Assembly (NCBI GenBank): GCA_964580715.1
Contig: CAZOKU010000002.1
Location: forward strand, 531-64,530
DNA length: 64,000 nucleotides
Source: an uncultured Rhizobium sp.
GTDB taxonomy: Bacteria > Pseudomonadota > Alphaproteobacteria > Rickettsiales > UBA1997
Direction of reading: 5' to 3'
Each line of letters begins with the position of its first letter. The first letter of the stretch is position 1. The notes under the pieces are model-generated. The model did no database searches, was not told the DNA's origin, and saw only the letters and a program-made list of their open reading frames with translations. Shown one piece after another: positions 55,194-64,000 of this stretch. The position numbers and the translations under genes were made by a program.

Positions 55194-56456
55194 TTAGCAA
55201 GAAATTTCAGCTAAACCTCCAATATAAGGCCTTAAAATTGATGGAATTGTAATTGATCCGTCCTGATTTTGATAATTTTCCAAGATCGCAACCAAGGTTC
55301 GACCCACTGCCAGAGCGGATCCATTGAGGGTATGAGCAAAAACTGCCTTACCTTCTTTGTTTTTATATTTAATTCCCGCACGTCGCGCCTGAAAATCACC
55401 ACAATTTGAGCAACTTGAGATTTCACGATATTTATTTTGACTTGGCAACCACACCTCTAAATCATAGGTTTTTTGCGCACAAAAGCCCATGTCGCCAGTG
55501 CAGAGCAAAATTCTGCGGAATGGCAATTCCAGCCTTTTTAACACTTCCATGGAAACGTTAGTCATTCTCTCATGCTCAATTTGCGAGCTTTCTGCAGTAG
55601 TTATTGAAACCAACTCAACTTTTTTAAATTGATGCTGACGAATCATGCCCCGCGTGTCTTTTCCCGCAGCACCCGCCTCTCTTCTAAAGCAAGGAGTGTA
55701 AGCAGTAAAGCGCAGCGGCAAATCATTTTCTAATAAAGTTTTTTTTGCCACCAAATTCACTAAAGAAACTTCCGCCGTTGGAATCAACCAATAGCCATCA
55801 CTGGTTACAAAAGCCTCTTCAGCAAATTTTGGCAATTGCCCTGAATTAAACATTCCCGCATCTTTAACCAAATTTGGCGGAGAAACTTCCTCATAACCAT
55901 GTTCCAGCGCAACATCAAGCATAAAATTTGACAATGCCCTTTCCAGCCTTGCCAAACCACCTTTTAACGTTGAAAAACGTGAGCCAGACATTAAAGAAGA
56001 TTGCTCAAAATCAAGCATTTTTAAACTTTCGCCCAACTCATCATGGGCTTTTGGCGTAAAAGAAAATTTTTTGATTTCACCAAATTTTTCAATTTCCACA
56101 TTGTCATTTTCATCTTTTCCTGTTGGAACTAAAGGCTCAGGAAGGTTTGGAATTGTTGCAAGCAAAGCGTTAAGCTGTTCATCCAGTGAAAAATCGCTTT
56201 CAGCAGCAGCAAGCTCAAGGTTAACTTTTTTCGATTCTTCCAAAATTTTTGAAGCATCCGCTCCAGATTTCTTTGCCACAGCAACTTCTTGCGCAAATTT
56301 ATTTCTTTTAGCTTGTAATTCTTGAATCAGCGACTGTTTTTTGCGTTTTTCTTCATCAAGAAACAAAATTTCTGCAGCACGAAAACTTGCTGAGCGCGCG
56401 ATCATCGCTTCATCAAATTTTGTTGGATTTTCACGGATAAATTTTATATCTAACAT
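55194..56456 (-). CDS. serS: Seryl-tRNA synthetase
   Basis: 420 aa. N-terminal coiled-coil arm, class II motifs (TPCFRREAG, GSALAVGRTLVAILEN). Confidence 0.95.
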   Translation of the reverse strand: MLDIKFIRENPTKFDEAMIARSASFRAAEILFLDEEKRKKQSLIQELQAKRNKFAQEVAVAKKSGADASKILEESKKVNLELAAAESDFSLDEQLNALLATIPNLPEPLVPTGKDENDNVEIEKFGEIKKFSFTPKAHDELGESLKMLDFEQSSLMSGSRFSTLKGGLARLERALSNFMLDVALEHGYEEVSPPNLVKDAGMFNSGQLPKFAEEAFVTSDGYWLIPTAEVSLVNLVAKKTLLENDLPLRFTAYTPCFRREAGAAGKDTRGMIRQHQFKKVELVSITTAESSQIEHERMTNVSMEVLKRLELPFRRILLCTGDMGFCAQKTYDLEVWLPSQNKYREISSCSNCGDFQARRAGIKYKNKEGKAVFAHTLNGSALAVGRTLVAILENYQNQDGSITIPSILRPYIGGLAEISC

Positions 56457-56542
56457 AATTGCTTAGTTAAGCTTGAAAAGAAAGCTTTGCAGTTTAAAGT
56501 CTGTCTAGTTTTAAGTAAATAAAAACTTCATCCTGATTTAAA

Positions 56543-57694
56543 ATGACTTTTGACGCAACTTCTTTATCGCAACAACTGATCCGCATTCCGTCCTACTCTG
56601 GAAACAATCCCGAGGTTATTAATTTTTTAAAAAATTATTTAGAAAAATTAAATTTTAAATGCGACATTTTAGAATATGAAGGCGATGGATCCTACAAAGT
56701 CAACAATCTTCACGCAGTTTTTAATCCAAAAAAATCCGACAAAGTTTTATATTTTGCTGGCCACACCGACGTGGTAAAAGAAGGAGATAAATCTTCTTGG
56801 AAATTTGACCCATTTTCCGCCACAATTTCTGAAGGAAAACTTTATGGCCGCGGCGCTTCCGACATGAAATGTGCCATTGCTTGCTTTGTTAGGGCCGTTG
56901 AAGAATTTTTACAAGAAAATCCTCAACCAAATTTTGGTATTGGTTTTTTAATCACCAATGATGAAGAAAATGACAGCATTAACGGCACTAAAAAAGTTTT
57001 AAAATGGATGGCCGAAAATGGTTGCAAAATCACTCATGCACTTGTTGGAGAGCCAACCAACCCAGAAAATTTTGGTGAAATGATCAAAATCGGCAGGCGC
57101 GGATCAGTTAGCTTCAAAGTTAAAATCACTGGCAAACAAGGCCACGTGGCTTATCCTGATTTAGCACTTAATCCCATCACAATTATCATTAATTTATTAA
57201 AAACACTCAAAGATCATAAATTTGACAATGGTTCAGAATTTTTTGATGCAACAAACTTAGAAATCACTTCTATTTCATCACAAAATCTTGGCAATAATGT
57301 GATTCCAAATGAAGCAGAAGCTGCTTTTAATGTGCGCTTCAACGATTTACATAATGGCCAAAACATCATTGATTTAGTTGATTATGCCTGCAAAAAAACA
57401 GTCGGACTTGGCGCTAAATATCAACTTGTTCATTCCTTAAGCGGTGATTCATTTTTGAGCAAACCAAAAATTTTAGCCGAAATCGCCATCAAATCTATTG
57501 AAAAAATCTGCGGTATAACTCCAAAATTAAGCACTAGTGGTGGAACTTCTGACGCGCGTTTTATTAAAGATTATGCTGAAGTTGTTGAGCTTGGACTAGT
57601 CAATCAAACCGCTCATAAAATTGATGAATTTGCTTTAATTTCCGAAATAAATTTGCTGCAAAAAACCTATAAAGAAATTTTGAGAAACTTTTAA
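56543..57694 (+). CDS. dapE: Succinyl-diaminopimelate desuccinylase DapE (M20 family)
   Basis: 383 aa. AGHTDVV, GRGASDMK, DEE and GEPT motifs, and a dimerisation-domain-sized insert. Confidence 0.85.
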   Translation: MTFDATSLSQQLIRIPSYSGNNPEVINFLKNYLEKLNFKCDILEYEGDGSYKVNNLHAVFNPKKSDKVLYFAGHTDVVKEGDKSSWKFDPFSATISEGKLYGRGASDMKCAIACFVRAVEEFLQENPQPNFGIGFLITNDEENDSINGTKKVLKWMAENGCKITHALVGEPTNPENFGEMIKIGRRGSVSFKVKITGKQGHVAYPDLALNPITIIINLLKTLKDHKFDNGSEFFDATNLEITSISSQNLGNNVIPNEAEAAFNVRFNDLHNGQNIIDLVDYACKKTVGLGAKYQLVHSLSGDSFLSKPKILAEIAIKSIEKICGITPKLSTSGGTSDARFIKDYAEVVELGLVNQTAHKIDEFALISEINLLQKTYKEILRNF

Positions 57695-57775
57695 AATTTA
57701 TAGACTGTCAAAAAACAAAAAAAACTTTATGACATTTTTACAAATCAGATTTTTTCTAAGAACTAAAATTCGTAA

Positions 57776-59305
57776 ATGAAAAAATCGTCATTTTTTAAAA
57801 CAACAAACCTTTCTTTAAACAGCCAACTGGAAGAGGATTTTTCAAAAAATAAAAAAAATAATTTTACCACCTCAATTAAAATATATGGCAACTTTTTCGA
57901 AGATGCTTCTGTAATTTTTTCAATATTTCTCTGTTCATTTTTCATTGCCTCAACTTGGTTTTTAGCTTATTTAATGAATAGCGAAAAACATCAGATTAAA
58001 TCTGCTTTAGAAATTCAATCTTCAAAACTGGAAAAATCTTTTATCGATCGCATCAAGCAAACAGAAGCTTTAGCAGAAGAAATTTCCAACGAAATCAAAA
58101 TCAACCCAAGCAATAAACAACAAATTTATCTTTCATTAAAAAAATTTCAGATCAGTCCAAAATTAAATAAAACTTTTGCATGGTCAGAATTTTTATGGAT
58201 TGATGACAAACACCAGATAACAATCAACAGCTCTAAAGAATCTTTTAAAAAACCAATTGATTTATCAATACAAGCGCAAATTCCCCCAACTAAACGAAAA
58301 CCACAAAAACTTTATATTGGCGATCCAATAATTGAAGAAAACAGCAAAAAACTGGTGATTCCAGCTTCATATGGTGTTTTAAATAATAAAAACCAATATG
58401 TCGGAACAATTTTGATAGGCCTTGAAATTGAAGGATTAGCCAAAATCATGAATGAAGAAATGGAAACCAGCCACATTTCTGCTGATCTTATTGATCTTAA
58501 CAATCAACCATTATTTTTTGTTAATAAAGAATCTTTTGGAACCATAAAAGATCGCACCAAAATCAACGATCGTTATGAAGAATTTTTATTCAAAAAAGTT
58601 ATTTTTAACAACAAAGTCAGCACTGCAAGCAACATCAATTTAATGATTGATCAACATGCAATTTTAGTAAAAAAACTAGATAATCTTCCTTATTTATTTG
58701 TTTTATATTATGACAAAAACGCTATTACTTCTGACTTAAAAAAATCAATTCTTTCCCGCTTACTCGAGCTAACATTATTTTTTACCACTTCTGCAATTTT
58801 ATTATTGTTTGTTTTTATTCAAGAAAAAAAACGTCAATCAAAAATTATTTCAATTAAAGATTTAAATGATCAACTTCACGAAATAAAATCAAAATTTTTA
58901 CTGCTTTTAGTAAAAGAGTTAAAAGATGTTTCTCTGCAATTAAAATATAAAACAGATCTTGCCAAAGAACAAAAAAAACAAACTAATCAATCAATTATTT
59001 CTGACAGCGAAGATGAAATATCAAGGCTGAATAACGAACTATCAGAATTAATTGAAGACCTCAAAGAATTGGGAAATTTATCCTACAAAAAAAATGATGA
59101 TGATATAAAAAAAATAAGCTTACAGGCAATTTATCTTTTAGACATTCAAAAAAATAATGACAATTTTAACGAGCTAAACAACCAAATCGAAGGAATTTTA
59201 TATCAATTATTTTTGATTAATCCTAAATATTTGAAAAAAATTTTCTCACAACTTAAACCAAGCAATGTTAGAATTAGAAATTTTTTTAAAGAACTTGGCA
59301 TTTAA
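57776..59305 (+). CDS. Membrane sensor-like protein: periplasmic Cache-like domain plus a degenerate DHp-like helix, with no ATPase domain
   Basis: 509 aa. TM1 VIFSIFLCSFFIASTWFLAYL, an approximately 270-aa extracytoplasmic region (KKLVIPASYGVLNNKNQYVGTILIGLEIEGL), TM2 LLELTLFFTTSAILLLFVFI, then KSKFLLLLVKELKDVSL where kinases have [14 protein letters not shown] (His absent), and a coiled-coil tail. Confidence 0.45.
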   Translation: MKKSSFFKTTNLSLNSQLEEDFSKNKKNNFTTSIKIYGNFFEDASVIFSIFLCSFFIASTWFLAYLMNSEKHQIKSALEIQSSKLEKSFIDRIKQTEALAEEISNEIKINPSNKQQIYLSLKKFQISPKLNKTFAWSEFLWIDDKHQITINSSKESFKKPIDLSIQAQIPPTKRKPQKLYIGDPIIEENSKKLVIPASYGVLNNKNQYVGTILIGLEIEGLAKIMNEEMETSHISADLIDLNNQPLFFVNKESFGTIKDRTKINDRYEEFLFKKVIFNNKVSTASNINLMIDQHAILVKKLDNLPYLFVLYYDKNAITSDLKKSILSRLLELTLFFTTSAILLLFVFIQEKKRQSKIISIKDLNDQLHEIKSKFLLLLVKELKDVSLQLKYKTDLAKEQKKQTNQSIISDSEDEISRLNNELSELIEDLKELGNLSYKKNDDDIKKISLQAIYLLDIQKNNDNFNELNNQIEGILYQLFLINPKYLKKIFSQLKPSNVRIRNFFKELGI

Positions 59306-59308
59306 TCT

Positions 59309-59818
59309 ATGATAAATATCTCAGAATTATTATTAACTTTTTTTTACTCTGGAAAAGCAAAAAAGGCCCCCGGAACTTTTGGCAGCGCTGCCGCTTTAAT
59401 GTTTTGGTTTTGCTTAAATTGGATATTTTTTAAAACAGAAGTTTCTCTATTAAATCAAAATATTTTTTGGGGATTTTTTCTATTTAGCATTTTTTTCTAT
59501 GGCTGTTTTGCAATAAAAAATTATGCTAAAAAAGTTGGTGAAATTGATCATTCTTCAATTGTGCTTGATGAGGTTGTTGGACAAATTTTGCCACTGCAAA
59601 TCACTTTTAATTTAATTGTTACAGATTATTTTTTTAAAAATGATTTAATCGCAAAACATCTCTTATTCTGCTTTATTTTATTCCGCCTTTTAGACATTAA
59701 AAAGCCACTATTAATAGGCTGGTGTGATCGCAATTTAAAAAACGGATTTGGTGTAATGTTTGACGATTTACTTTGCGGAATTTTTACTACATTGCTTGGC
59801 TATTTCTTTTTCAAATAA
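59309..59818 (+). CDS. pgpA: Phosphatidylglycerophosphatase A
   Basis: 169 aa. APGTFGSAAAL, VLDEVVGQ and FRLLDIKKP motifs. Confidence 0.85.
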   Translation: MINISELLLTFFYSGKAKKAPGTFGSAAALMFWFCLNWIFFKTEVSLLNQNIFWGFFLFSIFFYGCFAIKNYAKKVGEIDHSSIVLDEVVGQILPLQITFNLIVTDYFFKNDLIAKHLLFCFILFRLLDIKKPLLIGWCDRNLKNGFGVMFDDLLCGIFTTLLGYFFFK

Positions 59819-59870
59819 AGCTTGATTTGCTAAAAACTTTTTAAAGACTATTCAATTCATAGATAAAGTT

Positions 59871-59922
59871 ACTGTCGCAAATCAAAATTTTCTAAGAAAT
59901 TTTTGATTTGCGACAGTGCCAT
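59871..59922 (+). promoter_or_regulatory. 17-bp-stem hairpin plus GATTTGCGACAGTGCC motif, 22 nt upstream of the first pilin-like gene (copy 2 of 2)
   Basis: actgtcgcaaatcaaaa-ttttctaagaaat-ttttgatttgcgacagt gcc. It shares AAATCAAAA..TTTGATTTGCRACAGTGCC with 44384-44425. Confidence 0.45.
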
Positions 59923-59944
59923 AAAAAATCTTTACTGTTTTTTA

Positions 59945-61045
59945 ATGCAAAAAAAGCCTAAGGCATTCAGCCTAATTGAGCTATCCATCGTTATTACAAT
60001 TATCGCAATCCTCGTTGTTGGCGCTGTTTCTGTGTCAATTTTTAATGACACTAAAGAAAAAATTAAACTCACTCAAGAGCGCATGAATGAAATTTATAAA
60101 GCACTTGGAATTTACGCCGCAAAAAATGGAAAATTGCCCTGCCCCGCCTCTATGAAAGTTGAATCAAGCGATGCATCTTATGGTTTTGCAGCAGATTGCT
60201 CATACACTTGCACTTCCACCAGCTTCCCATCTTCAAGCCTAGGAATCTGGTGTTCCTCAGCTGCAACAAACATTTGGTATGGCATGATTCCAGTTTCAAC
60301 TCTGGATCTACCGATTAGTTATGCCACCGACGCCTTTGGCACTAGATTTAGCTATTTTGTTTTACGCGGCTACACCAACACCACTGATTTTGCAAGCGAG
60401 AACACTTCAACTTTCATTAATGGCAGCGCAAATTATAGTTACGACTCAGGAGACAGCGAAGGAGTTGGAGCCGCCCGCATCAGAGTCTATGAAAATTTAA
60501 ATGGAATTAACCGAAGAATCACCGACAATGCAGCATTTGTTATCGTAAGCCACGGGCCTAATAAATTTGGCGGATGGAATGACACAGCAACAACACAAAA
60601 TGCTGAATCATCCGTTTCAAATTTTGAAAGAGCAAATTATATAACCCCCTCAACAACAGACGCCACAAACATCGGCATGGCCACTTTTTATTCCTCTTAC
60701 ATCACCGCAAAGCATGACACTTCAAAAGTTTTTGATGATATTGTTTTGTATAAAACCATCGATCAACTTGTACTCGATTTCAACATACTCTATTTAGTGC
60801 CTTGTGACAAGCCTGATGGCAGCGGCAACAGTTTATATCCACTAAATAAACTAAACATCTATGACCAATATGGCAGTTCTACTTCTTCTTGGCCATCTGG
60901 AAACACGGCGCCAAAATATGGCGCAATATATAACAGCACCTCAACTTGCAGTTCACCTTATAACAAATGGGTAACTTATCCAAATCGCCGATGTGGTGCA
61001 TTCGGAATTTGGGAAACCACTACCACTGAAAATTGTTTTAATTAA
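59945..61045 (+). CDS. Large prepilin-type N-terminal methylation-domain protein, paralog 1
   Basis: The ATG at 59945 gives MQKKPKA|FSLIELSIVITIIAILVVGA (class III signal, Glu at +5). The track ORF begins upstream at a TTG (59903). It shares the blocks listed in the findings with the three downstream genes. Confidence 0.8.
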   Translation: MQKKPKAFSLIELSIVITIIAILVVGAVSVSIFNDTKEKIKLTQERMNEIYKALGIYAAKNGKLPCPASMKVESSDASYGFAADCSYTCTSTSFPSSSLGIWCSSAATNIWYGMIPVSTLDLPISYATDAFGTRFSYFVLRGYTNTTDFASENTSTFINGSANYSYDSGDSEGVGAARIRVYENLNGINRRITDNAAFVIVSHGPNKFGGWNDTATTQNAESSVSNFERANYITPSTTDATNIGMATFYSSYITAKHDTSKVFDDIVLYKTIDQLVLDFNILYLVPCDKPDGSGNSLYPLNKLNIYDQYGSSTSSWPSGNTAPKYGAIYNSTSTCSSPYNKWVTYPNRRCGAFGIWETTTTENCFN

Positions 61046-61051
61046 AAAATT

Positions 61052-62182
61052 ATGTCACTATTGCAAAAAAAACCTTCGGCATTCAGCCTAATCGAGCTTT
61101 CGATCGTGCTTGCAATCATCTCAATTTTAGTTACAGGCGCTTTATCGCTTTCAACAAACAACGCCAACAAAGAAAAAATCCGCATCACCAACGAAAGAAT
61201 CAACGAAGTTTATAAAGCGATGGGAATTTATCTCGCTAAAAACGGCAAACTTCCTTGCCCAGCTTCAGTTAAAATTGACAAAACCAACCAATCTTATGGA
61301 AGTGCTGCCGATTGTTCTTACGACTGCAGCAGCAGCTTTCCTTCTTCAAGCCTTGGCATTTGGTGTGCCAAAAACAACACCAATGTTTGGTATGGCATGA
61401 TTCCCACTAAAACTCTAAAACTTTCCTCTGATTATGCCGAAGATGCATTTGGCAATCGTTTCAGCTATTTCGTTTTGCGCGGCTATACCAACACCAGCAC
61501 ATTTGGCACTGAAAATGACGCAACTTTCGTTGGCAACGGCGCTCCAAATAATTACACCGCTACGGTAGATAATTTAAGCATAGGAACCAACCGCATCCGC
61601 GTTCATGAAACATTAAACTTTGGAAACCCAAAGCCAATCACTTATAACGCAATTTTTGTTATTGTAAGCCACGGACCAAACGGCTATGGCGCTTGGAACT
61701 CTTATTCAACCACTCAAAACAGTCTTTCCACCAGCACTTCCGAAAGTGGAAATTACATTTCTGGAACAGTCGATTCACCTTCCACAGGAAAAGCCACCTT
61801 CTACAATTATCCATCTGATTATCTCACCGCATATAATGATGCTGATGGAATTTTTGATGATATTGTTTTTTTTAAAACCGTCGACCAGATAGTTTCAGAT
61901 TTTAACATCATGCATTTAATTCATTGCGATAAACCATTTGGCACCAACACCTATCCCGCAAATAATTCCGCACGAATCACCGATTCCAAAAGCGACACCG
62001 GATACTTCGAATGGACCAACAGCACTGATTCGAATCGCCCGATTAAATATGGACAAATAGTTGAAGCCAACTCTTCTGGATCATGTGCTTCACCTTACAC
62101 CAAAGTTCTTGCCAAAGCAACCCGCCGCTGTGGTGCCTTTGGAATCTGGGATCCAGGACTAACATATAATTGCTTAAGATGA
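61052..62182 (+). CDS. Large prepilin-type N-terminal methylation-domain protein, paralog 2
   Basis: 376 aa. MSLLQKKPSA|FSLIELSIVLAIISILV. Conserved blocks NERINEVYKAMGIYLAKNGKLPCPAS, WYGMIPTKTL, FGNRFSYFVLRGYTN, FVIVSHGPNGYGAWN, FDDIVFFKT and RRCGAFGIW. Confidence 0.8.
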   Translation: MSLLQKKPSAFSLIELSIVLAIISILVTGALSLSTNNANKEKIRITNERINEVYKAMGIYLAKNGKLPCPASVKIDKTNQSYGSAADCSYDCSSSFPSSSLGIWCAKNNTNVWYGMIPTKTLKLSSDYAEDAFGNRFSYFVLRGYTNTSTFGTENDATFVGNGAPNNYTATVDNLSIGTNRIRVHETLNFGNPKPITYNAIFVIVSHGPNGYGAWNSYSTTQNSLSTSTSESGNYISGTVDSPSTGKATFYNYPSDYLTAYNDADGIFDDIVFFKTVDQIVSDFNIMHLIHCDKPFGTNTYPANNSARITDSKSDTGYFEWTNSTDSNRPIKYGQIVEANSSGSCASPYTKVLAKATRRCGAFGIWDPGLTYNCLR

Positions 62183-63177
62183 GAATAAACAAAACCGCCT
62201 TCAGTTTAATTGAATTATCAATTGTCATTCTAATTATTGCTGCCATCGCTGCTTTAACTTTAGCCAATAATATCAACAATAATTTAACTCAAAAAAACAA
62301 ACTCACCAATGACCGCATTCGCGAAATTTACAAAGCAATGGGAATTTATCTTGCCAAAAACGGCAAGCTTCCTTGCCCAGCCCCAATTAACTTAACCAGA
62401 GACAATGCCAATTATGGCAAAGCCGCCTCCACCTGCACCAGCGCGCCAAGCTCTGGATCTGGCTATTGGCAAAGCTCTGATTCTGTAAGTTCTAACGTCT
62501 ATTACGGCGCAGTTCCAATCAGAAACCTTGAACTCTCTTCTTACTTCGCCGAAGATGGCTTTGGATCAAAATTTGGCTATGCCATCATCAGCGGCTTCAC
62601 TGACTCAACCAAATTTGGCACTTCTAATAATTCCACTAACGGAACTTATGCTATAAGTGGCGGCTCTGATCGCCTAGTGATTAAAGAACTTTTAACCAAC
62701 GGCACCTCACAAATAACCAACGATGCAATGTTTGTGATCATCAGCTATGGCGCCAACAAAAGCGGGGCTTTTGACGCAATGTCAACCACCCAAAACACTG
62801 CTTCAAGCGTCACTGAAGAATTAAACAACACTGGAACTCTCAGCACAGGAGCTGGCTCAACTAACGCTTTTGATAAAATATTTTACTCTTCTTCAATCTC
62901 CAGCGGATTTGATGACATAGTGTTTTACAAAAGCCGTACCGACATGGTGCAAGATTTCAATCTGATGTATTTATTATTTTGCGACACTTCATCTGGCGCA
63001 ATAACTGACGCTAAAAGCACCACTGGAAGCTTCACTTGGAACATAAGCACTGCCCGCTACGGCGGAATTTATGCCGCCACCAGCGGCACTTGTAACAACC
63101 CCACTGCCGTAACTTACCCCGCCAGAAGGTGTGGCCTAAACGGCTGGGAAGGCGTCAACGTAATTGACTGCACTTAA
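62179..63177 (+). CDS. Large prepilin-type N-terminal methylation-domain protein, paralog 3
   Basis: The ATG at 62179 overlaps the paralog-2 stop as ATGA and gives MRINKTA|FSLIELSIVILIIAAIA (the track start at 62170 is a TTG). Conserved blocks DRIREIYKAMGIYLAKNGKLPCPAP, YYGAVPIRNL, FGSKFGYAIISGFTD, FVIISYGANKSGAFD, FDDIVFYKS and RRCGLNGW. Confidence 0.8.
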   Translation: MRINKTAFSLIELSIVILIIAAIAALTLANNINNNLTQKNKLTNDRIREIYKAMGIYLAKNGKLPCPAPINLTRDNANYGKAASTCTSAPSSGSGYWQSSDSVSSNVYYGAVPIRNLELSSYFAEDGFGSKFGYAIISGFTDSTKFGTSNNSTNGTYAISGGSDRLVIKELLTNGTSQITNDAMFVIISYGANKSGAFDAMSTTQNTASSVTEELNNTGTLSTGAGSTNAFDKIFYSSSISSGFDDIVFYKSRTDMVQDFNLMYLLFCDTSSGAITDAKSTTGSFTWNISTARYGGIYAATSGTCNNPTAVTYPARRCGLNGWEGVNVIDCT

Positions 63178-63205
63178 ACATAAATATTTTTGCTTTTGCT
63201 ATAAA

Positions 63206-64000
63206 ATGGAAAAAAATAAAACAAAAACCGCCTTCACCTTTATCGAGCTAGCACTTGTAATCACAATAGTCGGCATCATCATCGCCATCCTAGTTCCTTC
63301 TTACAACAACTTCTCCAACAATTATAAAACAAAATTAACCAACGAACGCATTAAAATAATTTATAACGCTTTAGGAAATTACGCCAGAAGCAACAAACAC
63401 CTGCCTTGCCCAGCATCAATGCTTTATATAAACAGCGATGCAAATTATGGAATTTCTGAAAATTGTCTAATTGCATCTCCTTCTGGAAATGGTAAAATTT
63501 GGTATTCTGCTTCATCTCAACACAATAATTTGTGGTATGGAATGGTGCCAGTTAAAACTCTTGGCCTTAATCCAGAAGTTGCTAATGATGGATTTGGAAA
63601 TCGCTTCGCTTACGCTGTTTTACGAGGATATGCCGACCCTAATTATTTTGGAAGTGATGACAATTCAACATTCACTGGAACTGGCTATAACTATAATTAT
63701 GGTTCACCCGGCAACAGTTACATAGGATTATTAGGAATGGATCGCATTAGAATCTTAGAAGCAAATGCTAAACTAAGTGGAAGCGGGGTAACTGCAAAAA
63801 TCGTAACTGATGAAGCAATATTTATTATAATAAGCTATGGACCAAATGGCAGTGGAGCATGGAAACCAAATTCCGCATCACCGAATAGCTTCCCAATAAG
63901 TGTAAATGAACAAGGCAATGCAGTTTCGTACAGCAATAATGGACTAGCAGCACAAAATTACTACTCATCAAATTTTTTCTTATATTCTACAAATTATAAC
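63206..64000 (+). CDS. Large prepilin-type N-terminal methylation-domain protein, paralog 4 (3' end beyond the window)
   Basis: Absent from the track because there is no stop. The ATG at 63206 gives MEKNKTKTA|FTFIELALVITIVGIIIAILV...NERIKIIYNALGNYARSNKHLPCPAS...LWYGMVPVKTLGL...GFGNRFAYAVLRGYAD...IFIIISYGPNGSGAW. The frame is open through 64000. Confidence 0.75.
   Translation, partial: MEKNKTKTAFTFIELALVITIVGIIIAILVPSYNNFSNNYKTKLTNERIKIIYNALGNYARSNKHLPCPASMLYINSDANYGISENCLIASPSGNGKIWYSASSQHNNLWYGMVPVKTLGLNPEVANDGFGNRFAYAVLRGYADPNYFGSDDNSTFTGTGYNYNYGSPGNSYIGLLGMDRIRILEANAKLSGSGVTAKIVTDEAIFIIISYGPNGSGAWKPNSASPNSFPISVNEQGNAVSYSNNGLAAQNYYSSNFFLYSTNYN

Noticed and set aside
59901-59922. Sigma-54 promoter (TGGCAC seen on the reverse strand)
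   Set aside because: The reverse strand reads TGGCAC-TGTCG-CAAAT, lacking the TTGC -12 element, and it points away from the pilin-like genes.

Overview
AT-rich (about one-third G+C by eye) bacterial chromosomal segment, tightly packed with about 55 CDS. Gene content and protein similarities point to an alphaproteobacterium with Rickettsiales/Holosporales-like features; this is inference, no search was run. Most genes are housekeeping: htpG, lipB, ruvAB, coaBC, pepP, radA, waaA, a UbiH-family hydroxylase, fumC, tpiA, rnd, pal, a giant GltD/PyrK-like oxidoreductase, murE, tatA, thyX, uvrC, hisG, ilvC, glmU, secF, rpsT, serS, dapE and pgpA. I found no rRNA, tRNA, CRISPR array or transposase by eye. 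Four things stand out. (1) A tandem array of at least 4 diverged paralogs of unusually large (about 330-370 aa) prepilin-type proteins starts at 59.9 kb and runs off the window, with no pilus or T2SS machinery in the 60 kb upstream. (2) Several short palindromic repeat families are present. The main one, family A, is about 40 bp with approximate consensus GCTGCTGGGCGGGGTTTGYAACCCCGCCCACRTGTTCATGC, and I count about 14 copies. Several copies sit in frame inside essential-looking genes, resembling Rickettsia palindromic elements. Three insertion sites are flanked by 16-45 bp direct duplications of host sequence. (3) An orphan 994-aa Cys-rich polytopic membrane protein, tentatively TrbL/VirB6-like, lies where the 3' end of uvrC should be, and its start overlaps the end of hisG. 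(4) An accessory signalling block contains a TonB-dependent receptor, a YfiR/DUF4154-like protein and a stand-alone Hpt, with a hybrid histidine kinase nearby. Other accessory items are a VapBC pair, Bro-N paralogs, an orphan 731-aa membrane protein, a kinase-less sensor-like protein and a LysR/aminotransferase/formyltransferase islet. Several housekeeping enzymes (RadA, FumC, TpiA, UbiH-like, GltD-like) carry lineage-specific in-frame insertions. All functional calls rest on motifs read from the supplied translations; no database search was possible.
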